Both the position numbers and the translations under genes were made by a program. A DNA stretch of 64,000 nt, taken from the NCBI RefSeq assembly GCF_004010195.1, contig NC_057710.1:122357950-122421949 (forward strand), read 5' to 3'. The notes beneath the pieces are model-generated. The model was not told the DNA's origin and made no database searches. It saw nothing but the letters and a program-made list of their open reading frames with translations. Every line of letters starts with the position of its first letter. Position 1 is the first letter of the stretch. Of this stretch, positions 26,420-37,834 are shown one piece after another. This stretch comes from Chiloscyllium plagiosum. Lineage: Eukaryota.

Positions 26420-26764
26420 ATAATCCCTACAGTGTGGGAGCAGGCCATTCTGCCCATTGAGTCCACACCAATCCTCCAAAGAGCATCCCATCCACACCCA
26501 CCCGGTCCCTGTAACCCTGCATTTCCCATGGCTAATTCCACCGAGCCTACACATCCCTGAACACTGTGGGCAATTTAGCATGGCCAATCCACCTAACCTG
26601 CATGTCTTTGGATTGTGGGAGGAAACCGGAGCACCCGGAGGAAACCCACGCAGACACGGGGACAATGTGCAAACTCCACACAGACAGAAGCCTGAGGCTG
26701 GAATCAATACTGTGTCCCTGGTGCTGAGGCAACAGTGCTAATGACTGAGCCACCATGCCACCCC
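26420..26764 (-). mobile_element. HE1-type V-SINE (longer subfamily)
   Basis: tRNA head, V core, duplicated gatgtgtagg...gccatg segment. Confidence 0.88.
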
Positions 26765-27412
26765 ACGGTATAAACTATGCGTTTTATCATTTCCAATATT
26801 CAAGGAGCCTATTCTACACATGCAAATGCCCCACCCTCAGTTGACAGCAGAGCTTTGAGTGTTGCTGGGAGTGACTCTCCAGTTCTACCTCTATTGTAAC
26901 AGTGGACAGAAACTCCTCATGTGAAGAATGGGGATAGGCTTTGACTCTGAGAAAATATTTAATAGGTGCTATTGAACTAGCAGATTATATTGCGTATGAC
27001 CTTTATTTACATTGAAGTCAATGGAAATTAAATCCGGATGAGTTTGCTCTTTGGTATTGAATGGAATATGTCTCGTTTCTCTTTCAACCAGCTTTTTCAC
27101 TACCTCATCATCACTTTATGCTAAAAAAAGTCAGCTTACAGATGAGGTGGTGGGTGGCGGGGAGCGTGGGGTTGTCCTGTCAAGTAGCTGATCATTTCCA
27201 GCCAACTGCTCAGAGCTCTGTGGCTGCTGAAATCTGAACGAATAAAATAGAAAACAAATGAATGAAAAAAAGGTAGAAAGGCAGGTATTCAGAGGGACAC
27301 AAATGGTTTACAGTGATAGGTAAGTGGGTAAGAAGTTGGCAAATGGAGTACAATTTGGGAAAACATGAAGTTATTCATTTTGGGTGGGAGAGCAATAAAA
27401 CAGGATATTAAT

Positions 27413-27718
27413 TGGGGTGGCATGGTGGCTCAGTGTTTAGCACTGCTGCCTCACAGCCCCAGGTTTGATTCCAGCCTCGGGTGACTGTCTGTGTGGAGTT
27501 TGCACATTCTCCCCGTGTCTGTGTGGGTTTCCTCCGGGTGCTCCGGTTTCCTCCCACAGTCCAAAGATGTGCAAATCAGGTGAATTGGCCATACTAAATT
27601 GCCCGTAGTGTTAGGTGCATTAGTCAGCGGGGAAGTGGGTCTGCTACTCTTCGGAGGGTCGGTGTGGACTGGTTGGGTCAAAGGGCCTGTTTCCACACTG
27701 TAGGGAATCTAATCTAAT
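27413..27718 (+). mobile_element. HE1-type V-SINE inserted in a CR1 fragment (about 27290-27755)
   Basis: Full SINE; flanks rejoin as CR1 WQMEYN.GK.EV.HFG...Y.LNGEKL. Confidence 0.88.
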
Positions 27719-28129
27719 TTAATGGAGAAAAGCTGCAATATAAAGGGACTTTGGAGGCTTTTTTTTGTATTTTTTATTTAATGTTATTGCAGTAAAAGCA
27801 TGTTACATTTCTATACTGCAAATGTAAAATTACAATGAAAAGCGATAGTTTTCAATGAGCTTACCTCTTATTCAGAAGTTCAGGCTCATACTACTTGGTC
27901 ACTTCTCTTAGACCAGTGCTCCCAGCCCAGGAATTGACCGAGTCACCATGTTTGCTGCTTTTGTCCTGATGAATCCTTTCTGAGCTCAGTTTGCCATATT
28001 TCACAGTGGTGATGTTGAGATCAAGTGGTCAATAAAGAGGTTTTTTTTCCCTCTCTACCAGAACCTTGCATGGTGGAATGTTGAATGACTATACCTTCTG
28101 AAGATTTTCACTCTCTTTCTTTAATGACA

Positions 28130-28990
28130 TTGACTGCTAACATGGACACATGTATACCAGGTGCAATTGAATGAAGAGAATTGTGAGATGTTGCATTTTT
28201 TCAGAGAAAATGAGGAGTCAAAGTTATACCATTTAATTTATATTAATAAGGATTCTGGATAAATCTTTGACGGTCACGGGGACAAATTGATAAATTATTA
28301 AAATTATAAGTGATCGTGGATTTTATAAACAGACATATAGGACATAAAAGCAAGGAAAGGTTGTGTTAAATCTTTATAAATCACTGATTAGATGCCAGCT
28401 ACAGTATTGTATGCAATCTGGGCATCGCACTTTAGGAATGATGTCAAGATTTTAAAATTGATTTATTAGTTAAAGAGTAACCTAGTAGAATTGATGAAAA
28501 TTATATGAACTTGAATACTGCTGAAAAAAAGACATATTTTATCATCTTTCACACTCATCAGGATATTTCACAAGAATACAATTTCAAAGGGAAAAACAAC
28601 ATTTATAGTCCAGGAAAGGGGAGTGCTGATTGGTAAATGGACTCTGCTTGGTTGAGGTATTGCCACGAAAAATGCACCCATTAATGCTGATTGACAATTA
28701 ACAGCCAGACTTTGTGTAACTTTTAAATTCTTGCAAACGGTACAAGAAAGAAAATTTTGACAAATTGTGCATTTTTTCAGCCATATACAAAATTATAGGG
28801 TTTTTAATCTAGCTAATTAAAAAATAAACTGTTTCTACTCATAAGAGACTCAATAAGCAAGCAACATATATTTAAGGTTATGGCAAAAAAATGTTGGGAA
28901 AATATTTTTACTCTGGTTTATTGTAAACTACAGTGTATTATCTGGATAATCTGGTGATGGAAGCAAATTGCCCACTAACTTTCTAAAATG
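28130..28990 (+). mobile_element. Old CR1 fragment with nested PLE family C piece (28511-28790)
   Basis: LYKSLIRCQLQYCMQ-like CR1 motif; nested segment homologous to 16175-16400. Confidence 0.55.
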
Positions 28991-30479
28991 AAGTGAATGC
29001 ATAATTAATGAAGGGGGGAATGCTGTCTGAATTTATAATCCTTGTTTTAAAAATTATATCCACAGGGATTAATAGACAGATGTATTTTCTGATGCTATTG
29101 TAAATTTTTATCCCTCCTGTGGTCAAAGACAATGCACCACTATTTTTACGATGGTTGAGCTTGTGCTCGGACCAATACTAGTTAAGGATTAAAGTAGTTT
29201 GGTCCTGATCCCTGGAGACCAGTTTGCTCCAGAAACAAGGAGGTACTGTTATTAATGGTTCCACTTGTTTAAGGTCACTGTACTGAAAATGCAAATGGGG
29301 AGAAATAAAGAAAGAGCAGATTGCTGATTCGCTGTTGCCTGCTTTACACTTACACCCACAAAGTCAATATAATCCCCAAGGTTCCAAAGTAGAAGATGCA
29401 AGAAAGATCCTATTGTTTATGAGGGAATACCCCAGCTCCATTTTTAGTTGGTCTTGATTTGGTTTCCCCTCAGGTAATGGGAGTTTTTCTAATAGTTGTT
29501 TCTAGCTCCACTAACAGTTTGCGAGATGACCTATGGTGTTAGTATTATAAATTTATGGCCTGACCTGTAAAATAGGTTGATTATGTTCTCGAGAATCAGA
29601 TTTCCAGCCCACTTAGCTGTACATTGGCTCTCCAACTGACATAAATAAAATGTAATAACTGTACACCTAATTTAACCATTCAGCATCTGATATTTTCAAC
29701 AAGTGTGTATTTAATTTCTATCAAGCATTTCCAGTGTATTGCGATGTCCAATTTAGAACAAATTCCCTAGTGTTATTCTGTCTGCTGTGATCCAGTGGTT
29801 GCTGTGGCTTCAATTCCCACCACATCAGAGACTCGAAGTTGAAATTGAGGTTGACCCTTTAATATTGAGAGAGTGTTACATTGTTGGTCCCATTTGCTCT
29901 TCGCTGGAGGTAAAAGATCCCATGCCATGATTTGAAGAAGATCAGGACAGCTCTTCCCTGAGCCTGGCCAACATTCATCCCTACTGAAAAAAAACGGCAA
30001 TAATCAGTTCATTTCCTGCTGATGGCAGCTTGCTATGTGTACATTAGCTGCTTTATTTTCTTCATTACTTTAAGAATAATTCACTGACCACAATTATTTT
30101 GGGATGTTATGAGAGAGACTATATACCTTTCTTGTTTTCTCTTTGTTTTTCAAGAAATTGATGATTTATAATTTCAAAAATGGATGAATTTCATTGCTTG
30201 TTTCTACTTGTGGAGGTAACTCCCCAGCTCCACTTTCAGATTCTCTTGGTTTTTCGAATAATAGCTTTGGTTTCCTCTCAGGAAATAACAGCAGTGGTGG
30301 GAATTTTTATATTTTGTTTTTTTCTAATAATGATTTGTAGCTTCACTAACAGTTTGCAAGGCGATCTTTGGCATTAGTTAATACTATACATTTGTGCCCG
30401 ACCGTAGAATAGGATTGTAATGTTCTCAAGAGTCAGATTTTGAATCACTTAGTTATACCAAATGACATTGTTTCCCTAA

Positions 30480-30870
30480 TTGAGAAAAATAAAATCTTTT
30501 TTGAAGAGGTAACAATGATTCTTTAAGAGGGTAACACTGTTGATGTTATATAGATGGATTTCCAGAAGGCATTTGATATAATGTCACCTGACAGACTTGT
30601 GAGGAAAGTTACAGCCCGCGAAATAAAAGGGACAATACCAACACAGTTCCAAATTTGCTGAGTGATAGGAAACAGAGTAATGGCTAATGGTCATTTTTGT
30701 TGGATTGGAGGGAGGGTTGTGTTGGTGTTCCACAGGGGTCAGTATTGGGGCCCTTACTTTTCCTGATTTATGTTAGTGATTTGGATTTGGAATGCAAGGG
30801 ATAAATTCAAGGACAGAGTGGAGCTGTGAAAGGACATTAACAAGTTGTTAGAGTGGACAAATTAATGGCA
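30480..30870 (+). mobile_element. Old CR1 RT fragment
   Basis: MDFQKAFD and GVPQGSVLGPLLFLIYVSDLD. Confidence 0.8.
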
Positions 30871-30995
30871 GCTTCTCATGTGAAAGATATCACGTCAGAC
30901 AGTACAGCACCCCTTCAGTACTGCAGTGGAGTTTGGGCCTGTATTGTGTGCTTAAGTGTTGGAAATACTTGAGTGAGTGGCTTTCTAACTCTGAG

Positions 30996-32300
30996 AGAAA
31001 GTGAGAGCTGCAGATGCTGGAGATCAGAGCTGAAAATGTGTTGCTGGAAAAGCGCAGTAGGTCAGGCAGCATCCAAGGAACAGGAGAATCGACGTTTCGG
31101 GCATAAGCCCTTCTTCAGGACCTAAACGGGCACATGCCCGAAACGTCGATTCTCCTGCTCCTTGGATGCTGCCTGACCTGCTGTGCTTTTCCAGCAACAC
31201 ATTTTCAGCTCTGNNNNNNNNNNNNNNNNNNNNNNNNNNNNNNNNNNNNNNNNNNNNNNNNNNNNNNNNNNNNNNNNNNNNNNNNNNNNNNNNNNNNNNN
31301 NNNNNNNNNNNNNNNNNNNNNNNNNNNNNNNNNNNNNNNNNNNNNNNNNNNNNNNNNNNNNNNNNNNNNNNNNNNNNNNNNNNNNNNNNNNNNNNNNNNN
31401 NNNNNNNNNNNNNNNNNNNNNNNNNNNNNNNNNNNNNNNNNNNNNNNNNNNNNNNNNNNNNNNNNNNNNNNNNNNNNNNNNNNNNNNNNNNNNNNNNNNN
31501 NNNNNNNNNNNNNNNNNNNNNNNNNNNNNNNNNNNNNNNNNNNNNNNNNNNNNNNNNNNNNNNNNNNNNNNNNNNNNNNNNNNNNNNNNNNNNNNNNNNN
31601 NNNNNNNNNNNNNNNNNNNNNNNNNNNNNNNNNNNNNNNNNNNNNNNNNNNNNNNNNNNNNNNNNNNNNNNNNNNNNNNNNNNNNNNNNNNNNNNNNNNN
31701 NNNNNNNNNNNNNNNNNNNNNNNNNNNNNNNNNNNNNNNNNNNNNNNNNNNNNNNNNNNNNNNNNNNNNNNNNNNNNNNNNNNNNNNNNNNNNNNNNNNN
31801 NNNNNNNNNNNNNNNNNNNNNNNNNNNNNNNNNNNNNNNNNNNNNNNNNNNNNNNNNNNNNNNNNNNNNNNNNNNNNNNNNNNNNNNNNNNNNNNNNNNN
31901 NNNNNNNNNNNNNNNNNNNNNNNNNNNNNNNNNNNNNNNNNNNNNNNNNNNNNNNNNNNNNNNNNNNNNNNNNNNNNNNNNNNNNTCTCCAGTTTCCTCA
32001 TTTCCCCTCCCCCCACCTTGTCTCAGTCAAATCCCTCGAACTCAGCACCGCCTTCCTAACCTGCAATCATCTTCCCGACCTCTCCGCCCCCACCCCACTC
32101 CGGCCTATCACCCTCACCTTGACCTCCCTCCACCTATCGCATTTCCAAAGCCTCTCCCCCAAGTCCCTCCTCCCTACCTTTTATCTTAGCCTGCTGGGCA
32201 CACTTTCCTCATTCCTGAAGAAGGGCTTATGCGCGAAACGTCGATTCACCTGTTCCCTGGATGCTGCCTGACCTGTTGCGCTTTTCCAGCAACATTTTCA
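30996..32300 (+). mobile_element. PLE family A insertion with inverted terminal repeats, spanning an N gap (31214-31985)
   Basis: Perfect 16-bp TSD gctttctaactctgag (30980-30995 / 32301-32316); inverted pair 31025-31104 / 31134-31213; hammerhead motifs at 31091-31118 (-) and 32215-32242 (+); interrupts an older SINE-like sequence. Confidence 0.85.
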
Positions 32301-33264
32301 GCTTTCTAACTCTGAGGCAAGAGTGTGACCACATGCCTGAGTGGAATTTATTTTAAGCCGAGCGGTCAAATATAAACCTAATAAGCATTAATCTAAAAAG
32401 CTGGGTTGAAATTTTAGGATTGTGCTTCAAATCACCATCACTACACGGCCAGTTGCAGAAATGTTGAAAAGGTTTGGAAAAGAAGGTAAAGAAGACAATT
32501 ATTTTAATCCATTTAGCATTCCAGTGTATGAAATGGGTGATGACAGGTTTTTCAGTTGTTACTGCATTTATGGCAGGAGATAATCTTGAACACATCCACT
32601 CTGGTACTTTTACACAGTTGTATCAAATGCTGATCCTGTGGAGATTATACAGTGTGCTCTGACTCCTATTTCCCCAGTTTGAAATTGTTGGGAAGTATGA
32701 ATTGACATGGAAGGGTATTAAAGGCCATGGGAAATTGCCAACATTGGGAATGTGAACAGGAATCCCAGAATTGGGTCCTGCCTGCTATTTTGAAATGAGT
32801 CTGGAATTGACATGATTCCTCGAAAATCAGGTTCACATTGGCATTATCCAGGTGTATGAATATGGTTATCTCTGAACATGATGGGATTGGTTTTGGTTTT
32901 CCAATGTGAAATCCAGATGGAAATAAGTGAGCCAAAGGCAACATCCTCTCAGAGACTCTGACAGGGAATGACCCCTCACTGGATGTGATTGCTTATCTTT
33001 AAGGGCCTTCAACTTCTTTCATAGCTAAAGGTAGGAAGTAATATGTCAATGCAACAACAAGGCCAATATATTTGTGGAGGGTATGGGGTGCTCAGGAAGA
33101 TGGTCTTCTTCCTCTTATGTGGTGAGTTGGGGAAAAGCAAGTGAGGCCCAGGTACATGGGATCAGTTTTATCTCCAGAATCCAACTGCAGTGCAGAGAGA
33201 AATGGAATTATGTCATCAAGGATAAAAAACTCCTTATTACATTCCTTGTTTGTTCTTTTCTATT

Positions 33265-33600
33265 ATATATATATTACCAACAACTGGGGTCCCACTACTG
33301 ATCCCCATGGAACCCTACTGGACACAGATCTCCAGTTCGAAAACACACTTCCAGCACTAATCTCTGTCTTTTATGACCAAGCCAGTCCTGTATCCATCTT
33401 ACCAACTCACAGTGAATCCCACATGACTTCACTTTTAGTATATCAGCCTGCCATGAGGGACCTTGTTAAAGTCCCTGCAGTTAACATCGACCACCGTATC
33501 CCCATTAATCATCACTGTCACTTCCTAAAAACACTCAATCAAGTCTGTGAGACACAACCTACCCCACACAAAGCCATGCTGCCTGTCATTAGTAAGCCCT
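33265..33600 (-). mobile_element. CR1 RT fragment
   Basis: Reverse of GVPWGSVVGPQLL and DFNKVPHGRL motifs. Confidence 0.7.
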
Positions 33601-35814
33601 ATATTTGCCTAAGAATGTCATTCAATAAAACCACTACCAATGCTATTTCTGTCTTTGTAGAATCAATCCTTCCCTAACTAATTCACCATGGTAGCCCTGT
33701 AGGTTAGCAAGGAATATTTCATAGTTTCTCCTCAAAAACTGCTTCTCCCTCTTGGCCACGTTTATTGTTTCTTCCCGTCATCAATCTTTCTAAATTGACT
33801 GAGACATGCCAAATATTTCAATCACTTGCCCAAGTACATATTTACTTATTTCCAACCTTCTGGCCCACAACAAGCACAGACAGTCAGCAATCTAGGAGAC
33901 TGCACACCCTCTTACAGTAGCAGCTGCAAGTTCACCTACAAGGTGGCACAGCCATCGGCATTTGAAAATGACAAGGCTAAACATTGTCACACTGGGATTT
34001 GTTGGTACTTTCCTTTCCCCTTGTTTTTCTACTTAACTGTTTTAGTTACACTCTCATCCATCTCTGGAGCTCAACTTGTTGTGACATGTTGCTCTCCATT
34101 GAAGTGAACCTAATCATTGTTACTCATTTCTATTTCTAGGACAATTGTGTTTTGTCCAAATTAATTTTCAAGCTTGCGGCAATATAAAAGTTGTATTTAT
34201 TTCAGATTCTAGCAATATCTCTGCAAAAAGGTAATCAGCATAGCAATATGAGGAAACCTGAAGTGTAATTGCTGCAGCATGTTTACTTTTTCTAGTTTAA
34301 ATGACAATGTGCAAGTCAATATACATCAAAGCAGAAGACTTTGCTAGAAGTGTCAAACAGAATGTAAAGAGGCACTTGGCTAACAATGCACCACTACGTC
34401 CTACTACCATGTCAAGCACTGCACTAGGATTTGACATCCTTTGTGATTTAGAGTAAATCAGCATCCCACAGATGCCAAAAATCTAAAACAAAAAGAAAAT
34501 GCTATCAGATCAGTTAGTCTCTGTAGAGAAGGAGCTGTCAAGTTAGCAGAATTGACTTATTGTGAGTGTGAGAGGACTGCAATGGTGGATTCGCTAAGTC
34601 AAGCACAAAGGATAAGGAGCAATTGGAGGTAACAAGAAAATGCTTATTATTGGCCACTACATGTCTTGGACAGGCCAATAACAGCAAAGACCCAAAATTC
34701 TGACCAACAACATGTCATTTCTCTGTACCCCCAGTTGCTGAAATCATTGAAAACAGAAAAATTCCAAAATATGTTTTGGTTTAGCAAAACATCCAGACAT
34801 ATGGTTCTCATGTAGTGCTTCAACATTCTGCAGTCAACAACCCAACACTTAGTTAACCTGAATACTTGCTGCAACAGAGCACACCAACCCCACAACCCCC
34901 CGTGCCACCACCTCATGTGACACAGGCCAGTGATACCACATGTGAGGGATGCTTATATCAAAGCCATATAGGTTCTGGTTTAACTTTTAATTTTGTCTTT
35001 TTTGCAGACTGGAATTCAAATGCATTGGGGGGGTTTCTCATGCAGATCAGTGATCTCCTAGAATTTGCTTCCCGCTACACCAGTAGGAATATTAAGTGTA
35101 AATTAGGGTCGGTTTTACAGTGGGAGTGGAAAAAGATCTCTCATAATGACAGATTTTCTGTACCTTTCCAAGCCTCTGATAAAATGCCCCCCTCCCTGAT
35201 GTTTGCAATTAGATGGAACAGATTGGCTGAAAAGGCATCAGCTGGCTGCACTTGGGCCTTTTCAGGCCTGTACTACTAAAGATTGCAGGTGAGAAGCCAT
35301 TAGGAGAACTTGACGGAACTCATCCTCAAATGGCGTGGTCACTGGGGAATATCTTAAATATTTGAAAGAACACTTTGCGGGGTGGGGTACCATGTTGTGT
35401 ATGGGAGTTTGAACAAACTGTTTCAACATTGAAATGCTGCATGAAATATTTACGTGCAGAAACTGTTCCTCCAGTGGCAGGTAACACTTGCGTTATTGGG
35501 TATCAGAAAGAGCAACATTGACATTTGCATCATGACAGTATGAGGCTTTTTAAGACAGTTGTGGGGTATGATTGCAAAGTGGGAATAATTTTCATCATTG
35601 TGCTGACATCCAACCCTGGGTGCATCACTACATGGGCACTTTCTGCTCCTTTTTAATCTCTATCCCAGCATTGTCTTCTTTCTCACCATGCAAAAGCCCC
35701 TTCCCCAATGGTGGTTTCATGTTGTCACCCATATTGCGAAGCAGCAAGTTGATCAAAAGAGAGGTTGGCTCTGGGCCATGTTGAAGGAAGCCACCTGTCT
35801 CTTCTCACTTTTAA

Positions 35815-36138
35815 TGGGCGCAAGTTTTGCATTTCTTGCGGTTGCAGGGGAAGGTGCCGGGAGTGGAGGTTGTGTTGGTGGGGGGTGTGGACCTGACGAG
35901 GGAGTCACAGAGGGAGGGATCTTTTCGGAACGCTGATAGGGAAGGGGAGGGAAATATATCCCTGGTGGTGGGGTCCGTTTGGAGGTGGCGGAAATGACGG
36001 CGGATGATACGCTGTATATGGAGGTTGGTGGGGTGGTAGGTGAGGACCAGTGGGGTTCTGTCCTGGTGGCGGTTGGAGGGGCGGGGCCCAAGGGCGGAGG
36101 AGCGGGAAGTGGAGGAGATCCGGTGGAGGGCACCGTCG
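35815..36138 (-). mobile_element. Penelope-like element ORF fragment (RT thumb to pre-GIY-YIG Cys knuckle)
   Basis: RTPLVLTYHPTN...IIRRHF..LQTDP....FPSP...AFRK..SL.D.LVRS...GTFPCNRKKCKTC, the typical PLE linker; the Cys knuckle suggests the Neptune group. Confidence 0.85.
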
Positions 36139-36234
36139 NNNNNNNNNNNNNNNNNNNNNNNNNNNNNNNNNNNNNNNNNNNNNNNNNNNNNNNNNNNNNN
36201 NNNNNNNNNNNNNNNNNNNNNNNNNNNNNNNNNN

Positions 36235-36416
36235 CCCAAGTCCCTCCTCCCTACCTTTTATCTTAGCCTGCTAGACACACTTTCCTCATTCCTGAAGAAG
36301 GGCTTATGCCCGAAACATCGATTCTCCTGTTCCTTGGATGCTGCCTGACCTGCTGCGCTTTTCCAGCAACATATTTTCAGCTCTGATCTTCAGCATCTGC
36401 AGTCCTCACTTTCTCC
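36235..36416 (+). mobile_element. PLE family A 3' terminal repeat
   Basis: Near-identical to 32158-32300; cctgaagaagggcttatgcccgaaacatcg. Confidence 0.85.
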
Positions 36417-37647
36417 TTAGAGTGTGGGCTGATTGTCTTCCACTCTTAGCTGCTGCATTCGAGGGGAACCGATAAACATTTCCTGAGTTTTTATTTTGTT
36501 TAGTGTGCCTTGTGTACAATTTATTTGCTTGAGCTGTCAAACCGCAATTGAGATTTTGTTAAAGTAGTGAGTAGTTTTTGCATTAGAAATGAATTGGCTG
36601 GTAAAACTCAAAAACTAAGCCATCCCTTTGAATTGGCTTATATTTTGGAAATTCTGCTCACATTAAATAAAGGAATTCTGAGAATTCCAAATTGACATTG
36701 TTGGATTTTTCATCTCAGACATACAACATCTGGAAAGACAAGGATAACAGCATTGGATCACCAGTACCTGCAACTTCTCCCTAACCTGACTTGCAAATAA
36801 TGTGTTGTTTTCTCGCAGTCACTATGTCAATATATTGGAGTTGTCCATCTAACAGCACTTTGGATTATTATCCCCCAAGGCCTGCAGCTGTCACCTCCTC
36901 ACAGCCAATTAGAGATAAGAAATAAATGTTCAAATACTAATATCCTGTGAATTGATAAACAATAAAATTGCTGCTATGAACCCTCTAGCAAAGCTCAGAA
37001 GGTAAGCTTTACGATGGTGGAGTGGCATTCCTATTAACTATTGGGACAGCACAAAGGACATATACTGAGAATGAACAACTTTCTTGCAGGGACATCATGT
37101 TTGTCAGCTGGGCTGCCACTAGTTACTGACAATTGAGCCTTCAACTGTGGAGAATTTGAGCATGTATTCATCTATTAGCAGAAGATTATCACACAGGAGA
37201 GTTAATGGAATTGGTTAGTTTCCCAGGGTCATCAAGTGTGCTCCTACACAAGTGGATCATATTGGTGTTTGATGCTGGGTTTTTTTCATAGATTGCCCCT
37301 TAAGTGAGAGCCATCCAATCTGCACAATGTAAATTTTGCAAAAATTGAGCAATGTCCCTACCTTTCCTTTCTGAACATGGACCTTAACTAACTAAACAAG
37401 AGCGTCTCACATTGCTACATTATGGAATATGGTCAGCCCTAAACTCAAAAGGTTTGGTGTCAAGTTGAGATGAAACTGCATAAGCTTTCTTTCCTAAGTT
37501 AGAGATAATGTTATGACTGGGAACGCATCCAGAAACTTTTTTTTTCCAATTTGGCTCTACGAATGTACCCTTCAATAATAGATTAAAGCGTGTAGTCCTT
37601 ATTGAATTGTGTTCCCGGATTTTATGGCTCTACTGTTACTTTCTCAG

Positions 37648-37664
37648 CACAGGTGCAGCAGTGA
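37648..37664 (+). CDS. MAPK10: MAPK10/JNK3 last coding exon, short (p46-type) C-terminus via the upstream acceptor
   Basis: ttctcag|ca CAG GTG CAG CAG TGA = AQVQQ*, the known short JNK tail produced by an acceptor 5 nt upstream. Confidence 0.9.
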
Positions 37665-37792
37665 ATAGCAGCGAAAGTCTTCCTCCATCCTCATCAGTAA
37701 ACGACATCTCATCTATGTCAACCGATCAAACCCTTGCTTCAGACACTGACAGCAGCCTGGAAACTTCAGCAGGACCGCTTTGTTGTAGGTGA
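37653..37792 (+). CDS. MAPK10: MAPK10/JNK3 last coding exon, long (p54-type) C-terminus
   Basis: cacag|gt GCA GCA GTG... = [46 protein letters not shown]; the SSESLPP...TDQTLASD...CCR tail is JNK3-like; TGA at 37790-37792. Confidence 0.96.
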
Positions 37793-37834
37793 CTAACCGT
37801 CTGCCTGCGGGACCCCTTCTTCTTTCGAAAATGA
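37790..37834 (+). other. MAPK10: Putative stop-codon readthrough extension of JNK3 long isoform (xLTVCLRDPFFFRK*)
   Basis: TGA CTA A context then 13 open codons to TGA 37832-37834; resembles the mammalian MAPK10 readthrough extension. Confidence 0.7.

Noticed and set aside
31024-32271. 300-360 aa ORFs
   Set aside because: Almost entirely N-gap translation
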